From positions 9,460 through 29,459 of the forward strand of contig JBHLKP010000014.1 of assembly GCA_048886525.1 (NCBI GenBank): a stretch of DNA of 20,000 nucleotides, in the 5' to 3' direction. The DNA is from Candidatus Hodarchaeota archaeon. GTDB lineage: Archaea; Asgardarchaeota; Heimdallarchaeia; Hodarchaeales; Hodarchaeaceae. Of this stretch, positions 16,513-20,000 are shown piece by piece; position 1 is the first letter of the stretch; each line of letters opens with the position of its first letter. A program made the position numbers and the translations under genes. Under the pieces are notes generated by a model. It searched no databases and was not told the origin of the DNA. It worked only from the letters and a program-made list of their open reading frames with translations.

Positions 16513-19122
16513 TTAGTCAACAGAAAAAACCTCTTCTATCACCATAATGTCATCTATAAAAACATCAAGATCGCCCAACCACATTGGAAGGATTTTTTCG
16601 TGTTTTTTCTCAAAATTTGTTAAGAAGCTTGAAAGCTTTTTTCGAAGCTCTGTTGATGTTGTATCTGCAAATATTGCAGCAAACACATACTTTGCGTATT
16701 CTATTGTTAGAACTACATCGCCATGATCGATTGTTTTCAATAATTGTTCACTCCTTACAGCTTCTTTAGCAAATGATGTGATAGCTGAAAAAAGACCAGC
16801 AACTAGAGCTGGTTCGACTTGTGATTCTGCAGCAAAAGTATGAGATAAAACAGCTCTTCCATCTAACATCATAATATGTAAAGAATCGATTGTGACTTCC
16901 TTAAATGAGTAGGAAAATTCTTTGTGAAGAATGGTTAAAACTTGCTTGAGAGGAACTTCCAAATCAAATGTTAGTTCATCTAATATCTCTTGGATTTGAG
17001 TTACTTTTAATCCAGTTTCACGGTTTAATTCTACCAAAGACTTTTCTTTTCCAGAGATTGCCTCATAAAGGTTAGATCCATTTCCAATGTTTTGCAGTTT
17101 TTCATCAATTTGCATTTTCAATGTAGCATCTGTAATACGAGGTGCACCAATCATAATTATATCAGCTTTTTTTAGCATTTCGTTTTTAGAGGGTAGTTGA
17201 GAGACTTCTGAAAAGATAGACTTGTATTGGGTTTTTCCTTCTCCAGATTGAGTTTTCACACGAAATTTTCGTCTAGCTAAGAAAAACATGGCTCCATATG
17301 TCATTAATATTGCTAATGGATGAAAAATATTATAGGGAATTGATAGATACCCCAGAAATTGTCCCCCAGTTCCTTTCCATATTACTTCTATTTGAATCAG
17401 TTGAGGAATTATAAACTGAAACTGATTAAAAGTGCCTTCTTTCCACACTGAAGACAGCCATGTTGACGTTACTCCTGTTCCCGTAAAGCCAGCAAAAAGA
17501 TTTGCTACCACTGTAATAAATGGGGCAATTAAACCAGTATAATTATAATGAGGAAAAGGATCAAATTCAGAAAATCCTAGTAGAATATACCATTTTTCTT
17601 TGTAGTAGGTGAAAATAAGAAGACTAACCAAAAACATTGTAACGTATACAATAACTGTTGTCCCAATCAGACTCCAATTCCATCTTCGGATGAATAAGAT
17701 CAAAGCAGCACAAAGAAGAAAACTAGCGAAATTTTGTGTTAACCAGAAGAATGTCCTATAATGAACAGTTTCTAAATATCTCCACATACCCAGCATAAAT
17801 ACACGATAGGTTAGAAAACCAAAGGCAAGTAAAAAGCCGAAAATTACGCCTATTAATGCTGATTTGGCTGTATTCATAAGATCTATACGCTTAAGTGATA
17901 TCTTTAGATTTTTAAAAGTTCCAATAAGTTTTAATAGCAAATAAACAGAAAAAGGTTCAAAAATATCAAGGTACATGACGAAAAAGACTGATACCATTAT
18001 AAAATATACAACAAAATATGAAATTACGAAAATTTGATCAGAGTATTGAACTAAGAACAGGATAACAGCTAATCCTGACATAAATGCTCCTACAGTCGAT
18101 AAACTTTGAACCATGGCAATATATAATTGATTTCCTAAAAATTTTCCTTTTAACGATAATTGACTCGCTTTAATAAGGTATACAGAGAAGACTATTGTTG
18201 CTATATATGCAAAGAAAATTTCTAAAAACCAACCCATTGTTGTCCCTTGCAATAAGCTAGGATTTTCAGTCTCTCCGAGTAGTTGAAGAATGGTCATAAG
18301 AAGAAATAGTGTAATGGGTAAAATTGCGATCAGTACTTTTAGTAGTTCTCGTTCATTTTCCCAATTTTTCGCTTTTACTCGTGTTATAATTTCTTGAAAT
18401 GGTGATACTTCCATCTCAAATTGTATCCCTTGAAGTCTCTGAGTTACTCCTCGTACCTCATTTAACTGTCTTTTTAAATCCTTAGTATCTCTTTCTAAAT
18501 CGTTAATATCATGAGTTTTATCTTGGGATGTTTCTTTCATTTGTTTTTGGAGTCTTTTAATCTCATCTTGATTATGTTTAATTAATCGCTTGATAGGCTT
18601 TCTGTCATTCCTTTTCGCACCCCAAGTTTGGTATAGCAAAATTCCCATTGATAAAAATGGTGAAATCCCAAAGACAAATCCTAAAACAATAATCGGATAG
18701 TTCAGGTAATTTACTATAGAAATAATGAAATGTTGTATTAAATACCGTATAATTATTGGTACTCCAGGAATTGTTGCATTATCAGGACTAGCTGTAGTAT
18801 CCCATTCAGTGCTGAATTGGTAGCCCTTGTAGCCAGGTACAGGATAATATTCTTGACTCAGATATTGTTGGGGATTTGGTACTAATGAATTTAAAATAGA
18901 AGGAAACACAAAATAACCAATATAGAAAATGATAAAACCTATATAGAAGCGATTGAAGATGATTGCTATGAGATTTTCGTCTTTTCTACGAGTAAAAAGG
19001 TAAGGGAAAAAGAAAATTATAAGAGGTAAGAAAGTTACAATAATGGAGAATAAAATATTTGTTGGATCGTCAAATAATGCCATTTCTTTCCATCCTGCTT
19101 CATCTAATCGAATATAAACCAA
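16513..19122 (-). CDS. Large multi-pass membrane protein with cytosolic coiled coil and C-terminal longin/roadblock-like domain (ATG 19083 is an alternative start)
   Basis: About a dozen hydrophobic segments and a coiled coil (KQMKETSQDKTHDINDLERDTKDLKRQLNEVRG). The soluble C-terminus (LHIMMLDGRAVLSHTF...EPALVAGLFSAITSFAKEAV...) resembles a segment of the convergent HerA-like protein. Confidence 0.65.
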   Translation of the reverse strand: MVYIRLDEAGWKEMALFDDPTNILFSIIVTFLPLIIFFFPYLFTRRKDENLIAIIFNRFYIGFIIFYIGYFVFPSILNSLVPNPQQYLSQEYYPVPGYKGYQFSTEWDTTASPDNATIPGVPIIIRYLIQHFIISIVNYLNYPIIVLGFVFGISPFLSMGILLYQTWGAKRNDRKPIKRLIKHNQDEIKRLQKQMKETSQDKTHDINDLERDTKDLKRQLNEVRGVTQRLQGIQFEMEVSPFQEIITRVKAKNWENERELLKVLIAILPITLFLLMTILQLLGETENPSLLQGTTMGWFLEIFFAYIATIVFSVYLIKASQLSLKGKFLGNQLYIAMVQSLSTVGAFMSGLAVILFLVQYSDQIFVISYFVVYFIMVSVFFVMYLDIFEPFSVYLLLKLIGTFKNLKISLKRIDLMNTAKSALIGVIFGFLLAFGFLTYRVFMLGMWRYLETVHYRTFFWLTQNFASFLLCAALILFIRRWNWSLIGTTVIVYVTMFLVSLLIFTYYKEKWYILLGFSEFDPFPHYNYTGLIAPFITVVANLFAGFTGTGVTSTWLSSVWKEGTFNQFQFIIPQLIQIEVIWKGTGGQFLGYLSIPYNIFHPLAILMTYGAMFFLARRKFRVKTQSGEGKTQYKSIFSEVSQLPSKNEMLKKADIIMIGAPRITDATLKMQIDEKLQNIGNGSNLYEAISGKEKSLVELNRETGLKVTQIQEILDELTFDLEVPLKQVLTILHKEFSYSFKEVTIDSLHIMMLDGRAVLSHTFAAESQVEPALVAGLFSAITSFAKEAVRSEQLLKTIDHGDVVLTIEYAKYVFAAIFADTTSTELRKKLSSFLTNFEKKHEKILPMWLGDLDVFIDDIMVIEEVFSVD

Positions 19123-19396
19123 TTCATTAATGGAGATTAATTATATTTTCTACTTTTTATACGTATCATTTAAAGCTTCATTTTCATTAGATTACAAATC
19201 ATTTTTATTATTATATTTGATTGGAGAAAAAGGAGAAACGGGTAATCCTAGATTCATATAGCAACCATAAAAGCGATTATCGGTATTATTTCTGAATTTT
19301 AACCAGTAACCATAAAAATTCTCGCAAAAAAAATCTACCTCAAAAGGTGATATTCACTTCTCCCTAGTATAAAAATAAAAAAGAAGAGAAAGACGA

Positions 19397-20000
19397 TTAA
19401 TGTCGTCTTTTTCGATATAGAGCGTAGAGGGGAGGTATTGCTAGTATTGCAGAGAGAAACTCAAATCCTGGAATACCAGTACCTGTGTCTGGAGGTCCTT
19501 CTGTATCAGAGCTCACAAAACCAGCCATTGCAGCCACGGCAGAGTAAGCAGGATCATGAAGAATTTCGCCACCATACCATTCAGGGAACTCTGTAAACGT
19601 GAAGTAAAGTACTGTTGTTACATAGACTTCAGCTGTTCCAGCTGGAATATCGAAGTATTGTGGCGTAAGCTCTTGAGCAATGAATCTGGTAAAACCAAAT
19701 GCGAGTGCGAACTCGACTGCAAAATACTCCTTCGCATAATTATGAATTGCCCATCCTGTTGGAATGAATGGAATGATATAAACAGGACGATCAACAGTTG
19801 GATCAATTCCAAGTAAATCTTGTAGTCCTAATAATTTATAGGTATCTTTACCTACAAAGTCCGTATGGAAAAATGTATTTCCACCCATTTGAAGGTCAAT
19901 AACTTTATCTGTTCCAGTTTTATCTTCATAACTCACATCTTCAGGATCTTCGATTGAAACACCGAATGTTGTTGTTGCGGTAGCAACAGTTAATCCGAAT
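19397..20000 (-). CDS. Secreted/surface protein with PGF-CTERM-like C-terminal anchor, truncated at the right window edge
   Basis: The frame stays open beyond the track's GTG at 19936 to position 20000 (FGLTVATATTTFGVSIEDPEDVSYEDKTG...). The C-terminus GIPGFEFLSAILAIPPLYALYRKRRH has a PGF triplet, a hydrophobic segment and a basic tail. Confidence 0.6.
   Translation of the reverse strand, partial: FGLTVATATTTFGVSIEDPEDVSYEDKTGTDKVIDLQMGGNTFFHTDFVGKDTYKLLGLQDLLGIDPTVDRPVYIIPFIPTGWAIHNYAKEYFAVEFALAFGFTRFIAQELTPQYFDIPAGTAEVYVTTVLYFTFTEFPEWYGGEILHDPAYSAVAAMAGFVSSDTEGPPDTGTGIPGFEFLSAILAIPPLYALYRKRRH

Noticed and set aside
1-20000. CRISPR array, transposon or prophage
   Set aside because: No spaced direct repeats, transposase/integrase motifs or terminal inverted repeats were seen.

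Overview
This is a low-GC archaeal chromosomal window, possibly Asgard-like on the basis of domain content (tentative). It is densely coded, mostly with housekeeping or accessory enzymes. Recognisable genes, left to right: a truncated Hsp20; two adjacent coiled-coil/winged-helix proteins; an AmmeMemoRadiSam-type radical SAM enzyme; a JAMM/MPN metalloprotease; a beta-CASP metallo-beta-lactamase RNase; an NfeD-like membrane protein; tRNA-Val(CAC); an F420/luciferase-like oxidoreductase; an HhH+MutS-type ATPase; an SNM1/Artemis-like beta-CASP nuclease; an MptE-type pterin pyrophosphokinase; a PTPS-III-like enzyme; a thioredoxin-reductase-like flavoprotein; a HerA-like ATPase; a large multi-pass membrane protein; and a truncated surface protein with a PGF-CTERM-like tail. 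The most notable element is an unannotated RNA on the minus strand at about 10820-10961. It carries every hallmark of archaeal 5S rRNA in circularly permuted order: loop B 3' side, helix II', helices IV/V and helix I' come first, then a 5-nt loop, then helix I, loop A, helix II, loop B, helix III and loop C. The permuted core is 121 nt. It is flanked by complementary termini and preceded by a good archaeal TATA box.
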